NCBI GenBank assembly: GCA_037305845.1
Contig: CP147778.1
Coordinates: forward strand, 608,001 to 672,000
From: Candidatus Freyarchaeum deiterrae
GTDB taxonomy: Archaea; Asgardarchaeota; Jordiarchaeia; Jordiarchaeales; Jordiarchaeaceae
Direction of reading: 5' to 3'
Length of the DNA stretch: 64,000 nucleotides
Below are positions 19,435 through 28,672 of the stretch, one piece after another. A program made the translations under genes and the position numbers. Position 1 is the stretch's first letter. Each line of letters begins with the position of its first letter. Under the pieces are notes generated by a model. That model saw nothing but the letters and a program-made list of their open reading frames with translations, searched no databases and was not told the origin of the DNA.

Positions 19435-20601
19435 CTATTTACAACTAGTCTTGGTTATTTTCTCGGGAACAGGGGTTATTTTCTCCTTGAATAGTTTCTT
19501 TTTGAGCCAGAAGGAAACGGTTACCAGGTTTATGAGTACTGGAACCTCTATTAGTGGTCCTATAACTGCGGCGAATGCCTGACCCGAGGCTATGCCGAAA
19601 ACCCCTATGCAGACCGCTATTGCCAACTCAAAGTTATTACTTGCAGCCGTGAAGGATATGGTTGCTGTTTGCTCATAGCTAAATCCTAGACGCCAAGACA
19701 TCACGTAAGACACTAGGAACATTATAAAGAAGTATATGAGCAAGGGTATCGCAATTCTTAGGACATCAAAGGGATGAGTAAGGATTTTTCCACCCTGCAG
19801 TGAGAACATTACAACAACGGTGAAGAGTAGACCCACCAAAGCTGTTGGAGCAAGTTTGTTAACAAAGTGGCCATCGTACCACGCTTTTCCTCTTCTCTTG
19901 ACCAGAGCGTATCTAGTGATCATACCCGCAAAGAGTGGTACGCCCAAATAAATTGTAACACTCTTAGCTATATCAAGAAGTGATATGTTTACCGTCACAG
20001 CGCCTGTTAGGCTCAGTATCCAGGTGGGTACCCCTAGGAGTGTTAGAATCCCGCTTGATCCCGCAAGCCATGTCGGTGTTCCGGTGAGCCATGAGGGCAG
20101 TAGGGTGATAAACAGGTAAGCTAATGGAGAGTACATTATTATTTGGAAAACCGAATTTAGGGCGACCAGAACCGCGCAGAGTTCACACTCTCCTCTTGCG
20201 AGCTGGTTCCAAACAAGAACCATTGCTATGCAGCGAGCTAGGCCAACAATTATAAGCCCCATCCGGTATTCTGGTAAATCCGGGAGGAAAATCCATGCTA
20301 GTATAAACATTAGGATTGGACCAATGATCCAGTTTTGAACTAGGGAGACCCCGAACGCTTTTTTTTCTCCGCGGAGTTTTGAGAGTTCTTCGTATTTTAC
20401 TCTAGCAAGAGGCGGATACATCATCCATACGAGGCCTATAGCGATGGGTAGTGAAACAGCACCTAAACTCAATTCGTTAAGGAATCCGGGAATCTCAGGA
20501 AACAGGGCGCCTAGTAGAACGCCTATAGCCATGGCAATAAAAATCCACAGGGTTAGAAATCTGTTCAAAAGTGAGAGCTTTTCAGCTTGTTGCCCCGACA
20601 T
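19435..20601 (-). CDS. acr3: ACR3-family arsenite efflux transporter
   Basis: [65 protein letters not shown]. Confidence 0.96.
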   Translation of the reverse strand: MSGQQAEKLSLLNRFLTLWIFIAMAIGVLLGALFPEIPGFLNELSLGAVSLPIAIGLVWMMYPPLARVKYEELSKLRGEKKAFGVSLVQNWIIGPILMFILAWIFLPDLPEYRMGLIIVGLARCIAMVLVWNQLARGECELCAVLVALNSVFQIIMYSPLAYLFITLLPSWLTGTPTWLAGSSGILTLLGVPTWILSLTGAVTVNISLLDIAKSVTIYLGVPLFAGMITRYALVKRRGKAWYDGHFVNKLAPTALVGLLFTVVVMFSLQGGKILTHPFDVLRIAIPLLIYFFIMFLVSYVMSWRLGFSYEQTATISFTAASNNFELAIAVCIGVFGIASGQAFAAVIGPLIEVPVLINLVTVSFWLKKKLFKEKITPVPEKITKTSCK

Positions 20602-20683
20602 AAACTGTTTCCTCTCATTTTTGGAATACTATCATTATTCTCTTTTTTTGGCTTATAATTACAGTGTTCGGTTTTAGTTTATA

Positions 20684-20708
20684 TATCGATAAATGTAAAT
20701 ATATCTAT
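20684..20708. promoter_or_regulatory. Putative ArsR-type operator upstream of acr3
   Basis: TATCG-N4-ATG-N3-ATATATCTAT, shared with 26318-26342. Confidence 0.55.
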
Positions 20709-21128
20709 TTTAGGGTAACTTTTTGCGTTATAGTATTTAAATATAATGGTGTTACTCTTAGCTGTGAGACTTTAATTTCAAAGGCTTTTGACCTTTTTAA
20801 TTTGGGGAGGTACCAGTAACTTGTTAGGGGAAAGCCTTTTTTCTGAGCATTAACCATATGCTTTTCCTTAACCAACACCAATATTAAAGATTGGATTGGA
20901 GTCTTACGAATTGCATTTTGGACTTTCCCAAGTCAATATTTACCTACGGTACCCGGATTCAATATTGAAAACTAAACAGTTAAACTTATCAATTTATGAT
21001 AATATAGATACAACAAAAATGTCGGAAACGGAAAAAGATTAACCACTATAATGCTTTATTAAAAGCATCAAGTATTGTTAGAGGAGTGCACAACTCAAAT
21101 CTTTTATGAGATTTGAATAGAAGGAGGA

Positions 21129-22586
21129 GTGACCACGAGCGGGATAACATCTTCGGTAGAGGTTTTAAAATCTACCATCGATAACAGATTTGTGCGTTTT
21201 CTTTTAAGAAGGCTAACCAGTAAGTGCGAAAAGGATGGCAAGAGCCGCCTAGGTGTCGCTCTGGAGCTCTTCTCAGGCGCAAGAGAAAAGGGTTGTTTCA
21301 CGTGCAGCCATTTAGCTCTACCTATTGTTCGCTGGGCTATAGGCAGGGGAGGATCGGCATTTGGTGTTTCGGGAGAGGATATGAAAAATAGATTCAAGGA
21401 TCCTTACTGGTGCACTGGTCTTATAGATGTGATTAAGGGAATTGCAAAGTATGGCATAAAAAAACCATTCGTTCCCGGTGCGCCGTTCCTGATTGTGTGG
21501 GATTACACAAACGCCTGCAACTTGAAATGCAAACACTGCTACGCCTCTGCTGGAAAACCCTTACCTAACGAGTTGAGTAGTGAAGAGGCACTTAGAATTG
21601 CGGACGAGCTTGCCGATGCCGGAGTTACCGCTGTTGCCTTTTCAGGTGGAGAACCCTTGATGCGAAAAGACATTTTCAAAACCATAAAACGTCTGAGAGA
21701 CCATGGAGTGTACCCAGCCGTGGCATCAAACGGGACTCTCATAAACAAAGAAATGGCTAAGAAACTTGCGAAAAGTGGTGTGGGTTTTGTGCAGATAAGC
21801 CTCGACGGAGCAAATTCCAATACCCACGACAGTTTTCGTGGCATACCCGGAGCGTACGAGGAAACGCTCTTAGGAATAAAGAACTGCGTCGAAAACGATT
21901 TATTTGTTGAGGCATCAACTACAGCCACAAAACTGAACTATTTGGAGATTCCAAGAATCGCAGATCTATGCGAGGAGCTTGGCGTTGACTGGTACATGAT
22001 TTACAACTTTGTGCCGACGGGTAGAGGGAACTTCATCACAGAAAACGACCTCTCTCCAGAGGAGAGAGAAGAACTACTCAAAACGCTGTGGAAAAGACTA
22101 CGTAATGGTGGAAAAATGCAATATCTGTCCACCGCTCCTCAGTTTGCAAGAGTCGCCCTACAAGATGAAAATGGATCGGAAAATAGGATTATACCAGGGC
22201 ACTTCTACAATCCTGTTCTTGCGGACCAGCTTCAAAACTTGGGAGATTTTATCGGTGGATGTGGAGCGGGGAGAATGTATGCAGGTCTTGAACCAGATGG
22301 TACTCTTAAGCCATGTGTTTTCCTGCCATTAAAATTGGGAAATCTTCGGGAGCAGAAACTTGAAGAAATATGGGACAGCCACCCTATTCTGAAAACTCTT
22401 AGAGACAGAACCCAGCTGAAAGGAAATTGTAGGAAATGCCAGTATAGAGAAATGTGTGGAGGATGCAGAGCCAGAGCCTACGGATACTTCGGTGACATCA
22501 CCGCTCCTGACCCGGGATGCATAAACAACACAGATGCTTTCGAAAAAATAGTAGAAAAAGAAAAGGAAAAAGAGATCAGTATTTGA
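21129..22586 (+). CDS. Radical SAM/SPASM-domain protein
   Basis: CNLKCKHC, FSGGEPL, SPASM GCGAGR...PC and C..C.....CGGCRARAY...DPGC. Confidence 0.93.
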   Translation: MTTSGITSSVEVLKSTIDNRFVRFLLRRLTSKCEKDGKSRLGVALELFSGAREKGCFTCSHLALPIVRWAIGRGGSAFGVSGEDMKNRFKDPYWCTGLIDVIKGIAKYGIKKPFVPGAPFLIVWDYTNACNLKCKHCYASAGKPLPNELSSEEALRIADELADAGVTAVAFSGGEPLMRKDIFKTIKRLRDHGVYPAVASNGTLINKEMAKKLAKSGVGFVQISLDGANSNTHDSFRGIPGAYEETLLGIKNCVENDLFVEASTTATKLNYLEIPRIADLCEELGVDWYMIYNFVPTGRGNFITENDLSPEEREELLKTLWKRLRNGGKMQYLSTAPQFARVALQDENGSENRIIPGHFYNPVLADQLQNLGDFIGGCGAGRMYAGLEPDGTLKPCVFLPLKLGNLREQKLEEIWDSHPILKTLRDRTQLKGNCRKCQYREMCGGCRARAYGYFGDITAPDPGCINNTDAFEKIVEKEKEKEISI

Positions 22587-22739
22587 ACAAATCGCTGCAT
22601 ATCAATCTGAACTTCTCTATTTTTCTTCAATTGCAGGATGCCCTTCAATTTCTTCTCAAATGATTCTGTGCTAAAAAGGTTTTAGAGATTTATTTGAAAG
22701 AGACATTAAGTTACATCTATTTTATCAATTTAATGGAAA

Positions 22740-23165
22740 TCATTGGTTTTCATAAAGTTCGTCTACTTTTTTTACAATTTCTTCCGCGATTTTCTCTGCT
22801 AATTTGTAACCCGCATCGCCTAATTCTTCTCTGGAATTAGGAATCAGATCAGGGTGTTTTTCCATTATTTCTTTTACTCGAACAGTTGCTGCCACAGGAC
22901 CGCTATAATTTTCTACTGCAATTTTGGCGCATTCTTCTTCGCATCCTTCAATTGTGATGGTTGGGTGGGTTTCTGCGAATTCTCTTTCTTCATTTCCACC
23001 ATGTCTTTCTAATCCCCCTGCCATGAATAGTGGTTGACACAGAATTACAGTCTTATCTGGGCGTAGCTTTTCAACAACTATTCTGGCAGCAGCTCGAGAC
23101 AGGGTGCCCTCAACTAAATTTTCTCCGCTGCATGCGATAATCCCAATTTTCTGTTTTATGGGCAC
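22740..23165 (-). CDS. DGC-domain putative zinc-binding protein (type B)
   Basis: IIACSG...GTLSR, C, IEGCEEECA. Confidence 0.85.
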   Translation of the reverse strand: MPIKQKIGIIACSGENLVEGTLSRAAARIVVEKLRPDKTVILCQPLFMAGGLERHGGNEEREFAETHPTITIEGCEEECAKIAVENYSGPVAATVRVKEIMEKHPDLIPNSREELGDAGYKLAEKIAEEIVKKVDELYENQ

Positions 23166-23602
23166 TAGTAATCACCCTCCTTTTTTTCTCCCAGTAACTC
23201 ATCAATTTTTTGTGTGATTTTTTCCGCAAGTTTACGAGATAATTTTTTCGCGTTTTTTCCTAAAGGAAAAACACTTTCCTCGGGTTTTAAATCACGGTTT
23301 TCTTTCAATATATCTGTGGTCATGAATTGAGCATCAACTTTTCCAACAGCTTCGGAAACATCATTATACGCACACTTGAGAGGGCAACCATCAATCACAA
23401 TGACCTTGTTCGATTTTAGTTTATCAATCACTTCCTTTTTACCTTTAACAATTAATGGAAGACATTCAATATCAGACTTGCCTTTAGCTAACTCATTCAC
23501 CACAATATATGCAGCTTCTCTGCCTAGTCCACCAAAAACTTTTCCGATTCCACTGCAAGGAAGTACATAAACTATTTTATTTGTTAATTTAATCGCCTCC
23601 AC
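23165..23602 (-). CDS. DGC-domain putative zinc-binding protein (type A)
   Basis: VLPCSGIGKVFG, CLPL, IDGCPLKCA. Confidence 0.88.
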   Translation of the reverse strand: MEAIKLTNKIVYVLPCSGIGKVFGGLGREAAYIVVNELAKGKSDIECLPLIVKGKKEVIDKLKSNKVIVIDGCPLKCAYNDVSEAVGKVDAQFMTTDILKENRDLKPEESVFPLGKNAKKLSRKLAEKITQKIDELLGEKKEGDY

Positions 23603-24470
23603 TTTTTTTCATGTGTTTTCTTTCCTCTTCTATTTTCTTTTTCATATGCTCAAAATAAGCAGGTCCGTCCATTAGCAATTCTTTATCTTCTTCAAAATTT
23701 TTCAATTCTACTTCTACAAACCATCCTCCACCATAAGGGTCTTGATTCAATAGATGCGGTGAAGCTTCTAATTCCTTGTTCACAGCAGTAACTTTGCCTG
23801 AAGCGGGAGTAATCAGTTGAAGAATAGTCTTAATAGATTCAAAGGATCCGACATCACCGAACTGCTCAAATTCTAAACCAATTTCGGGAAGTTCGACAAA
23901 AATTATGTCACTCGCTTTATTTTGGAGAAAATCGGAAATACCCATAAGTGCTTTTTCACCATTGGGTTTTACCCAACAATCATTTTCATTAAAATAGTAG
24001 CCAGACTTAGGAACTTTGAAATGAAATTTGTCTACAGTAGTTTCAAAATATTCAATTTTGCCTAATTCCCGAACTTCAGTTACTTCTTCCCTTGATTCTT
24101 TTAGATAATCCAAAATCTCTGTTGCCATACACCCCGCTAACTTTTGCCCTTCCTCACTCAAAATGAGAGATTTTCCCGGCTTTAACTTATATTTTTTAGT
24201 CATGTCAGGAGTAAAGATTTTTTTCCTCGGTTTTAGGGATTTTTGATCAATCAACTTGGTTGCACAGCGAGTCATACACCCATCAATCACAATTATATCA
24301 GATTCCTTCAAAATCTCTTCATATTTTTCGTTACCAGTATTTAATAGAACTGGACATATTAGCTCAATATCAGGATCTTTTTCTATTACTTTTAATGCAG
24401 CATTTCTAGTAATTACGCCTAGAGATTTATCAAGTCCATTGCACGGTAAAATGCAGACTTTTTTTTTCAT
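23589..24470 (-). CDS. DGC domain fused to a glycine cleavage H-like lipoyl-carrier domain
   Basis: N-terminal ILPCNG..CP..IDGCMTRCA; C-terminal WV....A.MGISDFLQ...DI.FVELP..G, ESIK lipoyl lysine, VN..L...P.L.N.DPYG.GW. Confidence 0.9.
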   Translation of the reverse strand: MKKKVCILPCNGLDKSLGVITRNAALKVIEKDPDIELICPVLLNTGNEKYEEILKESDIIVIDGCMTRCATKLIDQKSLKPRKKIFTPDMTKKYKLKPGKSLILSEEGQKLAGCMATEILDYLKESREEVTEVRELGKIEYFETTVDKFHFKVPKSGYYFNENDCWVKPNGEKALMGISDFLQNKASDIIFVELPEIGLEFEQFGDVGSFESIKTILQLITPASGKVTAVNKELEASPHLLNQDPYGGGWFVEVELKNFEEDKELLMDGPAYFEHMKKKIEEERKHMKKSGGD

Positions 24471-24476
24471 TGAGGC

Positions 24477-24785
24477 TCACCTTGTTTCGTTTTCCTTTCT
24501 TTGTTTTTTAATTAATTCGGTAATTTCCTTTTTATCTGGAAATGAAAGAGCATCCGGGGCACATGTTTTGGCGCAAGCCCGACAAAAAACCACACAATTG
24601 TATGGATTTTTAACTATCAATTTCTTGTCTTCATTTTCTCTTCTTTCATAGACATTGTGAGGACAAAACTTGTCGCATTCCATGCAGAAATTACATTTAT
24701 TATAATCGATTGTAGGGAACCAAGGAATTTTTTTTCGAGGAACCCCCATAAAAGTCTCTTTATCTGCATCATATTCTTTACTCAT
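24477..24785 (-). CDS. 2x[4Fe-4S] ferredoxin
   Basis: CNFCMECDKFCP and CVVFCRACAKTC. Confidence 0.9.
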   Translation of the reverse strand: MSKEYDADKETFMGVPRKKIPWFPTIDYNKCNFCMECDKFCPHNVYERRENEDKKLIVKNPYNCVVFCRACAKTCAPDALSFPDKKEITELIKKQRKENETR

Positions 24786-25168
24786 TTTTTCCCCTCCTTC
24801 TTTTCATTGTACTCGTTTAATGTTTTTTCGACCAATTCTACAGCTTCATCAGTTGTCTTTTCTCGTACATCAAGTGGTATAAGGTCTTTTTCTACATCAA
24901 GTCCTGCTTTTTTAAAAGCGTCTCGAAACAATTTGTATTGCATATTAGGAGCACATCCGGCAACCAGATACTTTCTTCCAGGACGCAAAAAATCACCTAG
25001 AAAGCGATCTCCATCAACCTCACAAAGCTGAGGATGAATAAACGCATACTCCACGGGGAGTTCTACCCGTACTCGGTTAATAAAATCCCAAATATCCATT
25101 TTTGCAAACCCAGGACATTTACCAGTGCATACGCACATTATAACTCCAACATTTTTTTCTTCGCTCAT
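24782..25168 (-). CDS. Stand-alone HdrA N-terminal-like domain protein
   Basis: VGV.MC.C...C, LC..DG, LVAGCAP......FR.A...AGL, DVRE resemble the HdrA N-terminal domain. Confidence 0.75.
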   Translation of the reverse strand: MSEEKNVGVIMCVCTGKCPGFAKMDIWDFINRVRVELPVEYAFIHPQLCEVDGDRFLGDFLRPGRKYLVAGCAPNMQYKLFRDAFKKAGLDVEKDLIPLDVREKTTDEAVELVEKTLNEYNEKKEGKK

Positions 25169-25272
25169 TTTAATTATTCTCCTTTTTTATGATATTCATC
25201 AAAATTTTTTGATGCTTCTAAATAACTATGCCTTTTTACTCGATTAACTAAAGCTAATTTATCAACTATTTT

Positions 25273-25713
25273 TCATTTCTCTTGTTCTTCCTCGTTCGTC
25301 TGTTTCATTTCGCTTAGTATTCTGTCCACTTCCTCTGCGATTTTCTCCGCAACTCTCTGAGCCAGCTTTTCGCCTTCTTCATCTAGTTTAGCTCTGGATT
25401 CAGCTTTGAGCTTACATTCATTCATTATCTCGGGAATCTGAATTACCGCAGCCAAGTTTCCTTTATGCTTTCTAATACTCTTTTCAGCACATCTCTTGTC
25501 ACAACCATCAACGACAATTGTGGGTTGTTTCTTAACAAAATCCTGATCTTCTTTTCCACCAGCAAGGTAGAGAGGTAAGCAGATTGTCATGGTTTGGGTG
25601 GGTCTTAACTTCTCCAAAACGATACGCACAGCAATCCTGGTGACTGTTCCCTCCGGTATTTCTTCACCACTGCAAGGTACAATTCCCACTATAGGTATCA
25701 TCAACACCTTCAA
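25273..25713 (-). CDS. DGC-domain protein (type B)
   Basis: IVPCSGE...EGT.TR, CLPLYLAGG, VDGCDKRCA. Confidence 0.87.
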   Translation of the reverse strand: MKVLMIPIVGIVPCSGEEIPEGTVTRIAVRIVLEKLRPTQTMTICLPLYLAGGKEDQDFVKKQPTIVVDGCDKRCAEKSIRKHKGNLAAVIQIPEIMNECKLKAESRAKLDEEGEKLAQRVAEKIAEEVDRILSEMKQTNEEEQEK

Positions 25714-26123
25714 CCTCCTTCAGACTCTAATATCCTATCAATTTCTAGTGCAATTTTTTGAGCCATTATTTCTGCTAACCTTTTCCCCTTTGGGTCAAGT
25801 TCTCTTATGGCAGTTTGATTAGGCTTCAAGTCTCTGTTTTCTTTCAGCACACTGGTAACATTAACTTTGTTAACTATTCTTCCGCCAGCGTTTTTGACCG
25901 CTAACTCTGCACACTCTGTTGGGCAACCGTTAATAACGATACATAGGTTCTCTTGAACGAGCCTCCTAGCATCATCGTCCCCCACCACCAGCAACGGTAG
26001 ACAAGTGATTAAGGTTTTTTCTGGTCTCAGTTGCTCGACAACCTTGTAGGCTGCTTCGCGTGTAATTGTTCCAAAAACTTTTCCCACACCACTGCACGGT
26101 AAAACCACAACTTTTTTAGTCAG
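25710..26123 (-). CDS. DGC-domain protein (type A); start uncertain (CTG 26123 or GTG 26108)
   Basis: VLPCSGVGKVFG, CLPL, INGCPTECA. Confidence 0.87.
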   Translation of the reverse strand: MTKKVVVLPCSGVGKVFGTITREAAYKVVEQLRPEKTLITCLPLLVVGDDDARRLVQENLCIVINGCPTECAELAVKNAGGRIVNKVNVTSVLKENRDLKPNQTAIRELDPKGKRLAEIMAQKIALEIDRILESEGG

Positions 26124-26317
26124 CTTTCAATTCCTCCTTTATTACTTTCTTTACGCCTAGGTTCCATCCACCCTTTGCGATAGATACTGGCAAAATTCTA
26201 ACCTCTTGTTCCTTTTTGAATTTCTCATTCCCATATGAGATTTCCTCCTAATTGTAAAGATAGGTAAGGGATCAGATTTTCTGTTATTGACACAACTGGC
26301 GTGGAAGGATTTAAATT

Positions 26318-26342
26318 TATCGTTTCATGACGATATATCTAT
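26318..26342. promoter_or_regulatory. Putative ArsR-type operator upstream of the DGC operon
   Basis: Palindrome TATCGT-N6-ACGATA next to a minus-strand TTTAAATA TATA box; matches the acr3 upstream motif. Confidence 0.6.
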
Positions 26343-26399
26343 ATTTAAAATTGTGTTTTGAAGGATTGTCTGGTTGTTTCGTCATCTTGAATCTCAATT

Positions 26400-26760
26400 T
26401 TCTCTTCTACCACCTTTCATTATCCTACATAATTGGTAGAAGGCTAAAACGGTGAACATTTGGAATGCAAAACCTAATGCAACAGGTAAGGAAAACCAAA
26501 CCCCCAAACAATGTAAGGACTATTCCCAGAAGCAATTGGTAGATTTTTCATCCTAACGAATAGGTTATTGCGATGTTCTTTTTGAATAAAGTATTTGGTT
26601 GACAAAATGTAGGAAGTAAAGAGCAACACTAGAAAAATGGCGATTGTAGACACCATAAGCGGCGTGATTAATGATACATTTGAGCCAACAGGATACAATA
26701 ATATACTCAATGGTTTCTCAGCCAAGCGGATTTTATCAAGTTTATAGCTCTTCTCTTTAG
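26400..26760 (-). pseudogene. Frameshifted C-terminal remnant of an Acr3/bile-acid:Na+ symporter-like transporter
   Basis: Joining frames gives ...MKNLPIA/GIVLTLFGGLV/PVALGFAFQMFTVLAFYQL, resembling BASS/Acr3 terminal helices. Confidence 0.55.
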
Positions 26761-26875
26761 ACTTAATGAGAACAGATTTGAGTAATTATTGAATTCTTTT
26801 CTATTGGGACGTATACTTTGTTTAATAATTTGTTGTTGCGTTTTTTAGATAAGCCGTATAATAGAAAATATTGAA

Positions 26876-27166
26876 TTAAACGTTTGATGCCTTTATAGCA
26901 TCCTGAGGTGCCTTTAGGGCATCTTGAATTGTTTTTTCCAATTTTTCTGCTTTGAAAAACTCGGGAAACTTTTCGGTGCCGTTTACCACCAGTCCCTTAC
27001 TACCGATATTGAGTTCTCTGGCTTCCTCCGATGAGGAAGATTTTATATCAAATTCGACCTGGTTTCGGTATTTTGTGAGTACATTAAAAACTCGATCCAT
27101 GAATGCGGAGAATTGACAGGAACAGGAGCCTACGGGAATGAAAATATCTATTTTAACTTTGGACAT
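26876..27166 (-). CDS. Small thioredoxin-fold protein with CxC (possibly ArsD-like)
   Basis: KIDIFIP.GSCSC N-terminus, LVVNG strand; GGAGG RBS. Confidence 0.55.
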   Translation of the reverse strand: MSKVKIDIFIPVGSCSCQFSAFMDRVFNVLTKYRNQVEFDIKSSSSEEARELNIGSKGLVVNGTEKFPEFFKAEKLEKTIQDALKAPQDAIKASNV

Positions 27167-27706
27167 AGAACTTTTCCTCCTATTATTTTAAACATAATTT
27201 TTGAACACCGTAAATACATAATTTTTGTTTTGATCATGTCTTGAGAGATTGTGATTTGAGCTCAGCGTCAGCGTTCCGGTTCTTTCTTGTGTTATAATTA
27301 AATTGCAAGTTTTTAAATTTATTGGTATATGACAATATATCAATAATAGTAAAATTACATACTCTAAACAAAGCAGTATCACTTATTTTGATATATTTAT
27401 ATTTTCTATTTTATTATTTAGGATATGGCTCAGGATCAGAGTTAACCTTTTAGACATCACTGTTCATAGGAGCTATGAATTGTGCGTTGAAGTGCCTGCT
27501 AATTTATATATTCAAAATCTCGAAATCTATGCGAATATTACTATATTTCAATAATTTTATAATAGTCATGTACATTAAATATTATTTAGAGAATAGACAA
27601 AGAAAGATTCGAAAACTCCTATCAGACTATCCTTGCACATATTGTTGAAGACTAGAAAAAATATGTCAATGGGTTAACGCTTGCCTCAAGTTAAGGAGGG
27701 AATTTA

Positions 27707-28036
27707 TTGGCCATCGAGAAATTAATTACGAAAAAAAATGTGGAGTTATTGAAAGCATTAGCAGATGAAACAAGATTGAAAATACTTCAGTTTTTGGGCG
27801 TGGAGGAGAAGTGTCAGTGTGATATTGTCCCTGCTATGGAAAAATCGCAGTCCACAATTTCTCAACACCTTCAAATTCTAACAAATTCGGGAGTTCTGGA
27901 GTACCGAAAAGATGGACAGAGAAGCCTCTACAAATTGAGAGATGAAAGAATACACAAAATAACCGAATTAATTAATAGCATTTCCAAAGATTCCCTTTTA
28001 GAAATATCCAAACTAGCAAAATCAATCAAAAAATAG
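27707..28036 (+). CDS. arsR: ArsR/SmtB metalloregulator
   Basis: KALADETRLKIL, EKCQCDI (alpha3 CxC site), SQSTISQHL..L...G. Confidence 0.92.
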   Translation: MAIEKLITKKNVELLKALADETRLKILQFLGVEEKCQCDIVPAMEKSQSTISQHLQILTNSGVLEYRKDGQRSLYKLRDERIHKITELINSISKDSLLEISKLAKSIKK

Positions 28037-28237
28037 GAAAGAAACGATCTGCTTTACCATCGCTTGAAAAAATGAGCCTTAATAGAGATGGTTTTATCTC
28101 TTTTAGAATTCAATTAATTTAAAAATAAGAATAAAAAAATAAAGGTAGAATATTAATATATTGTATTTCACTATGGGTTTGTAACTCATTAGGCAAGGGG
28201 ATATCTTATTGAAATAACGCGTTTTGTGTAGATGTTT

Positions 28238-28672
28238 TTACGGGGCTTTCACCTATGTGGTGAATTTGTAGTGATGATCCTCTTCTTATTGGAGTATTTG
28301 CTCAAAGAGGAATTTAGTTGTGACATCCTTTTCTTTCGTGGCTACATCGATTATCTTTTTGTACATGTCAATTGCGCTTTGTTCAGCGTTAATGTCCAGT
28401 TTAATCATTTCTTCCAAGTTTTTACCTATGGTGATGGGGGCGGGTTTGGTTGTTGGGTCACCGCCGAGATAGTTGAGTCTTTCCGCGATGCTTTCGGCGT
28501 GTTTCATTTCTTGAATGGCTATCTGTTTTAGTTCCTCAACTATTGCTACACTTATATAGCCGGTGGCCTTTACGTGCTGACACATGTACTGGATAGATAC
28601 TTGTAGTTCTGCGGCTATGGCCTTGTTTAGCCAATCTTTTAACTCCGCACTCGCTAATTCGTCCACCTCCAA
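28238..28672 (-). pseudogene. Bacterioferritin/ferritin-like gene with premature stops
   Basis: LNKAIA.EL..SIQY, EMKHAE.IAERL.YLGG, E..AI..Y; in frame it continues ILQ*EEDHHYKFTT*VKAP* (TAA 28288-28286, TAG 28255-28253). Confidence 0.8.

Noticed and set aside
21129-22586. Lipoyl synthase or arsenite methyltransferase
   Set aside because: SPASM architecture; lacks the LipA CX4CX5C motif and the class I methyltransferase fold
23589-24470. Canonical glycine cleavage system
   Set aside because: The H domain is fused to DGC and no P/T/L genes are in the window; glyA is 21 kb away
26124-26250. Short ORF after a GGAGG upstream of the DGC operon
   Set aside because: Only 25 codons with no motif; may be a decayed gene but cannot be supported
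27188-27382. 64-aa ORF in the arsR spacer
   Set aside because: AT-rich low-information translation overlapping likely promoter elements
19435-28036. Selenocysteine (UGA) recoding in the Cys-rich island genes
   Set aside because: All motif cysteines are ordinary Cys codons; no in-frame TGA followed by continued homology was found
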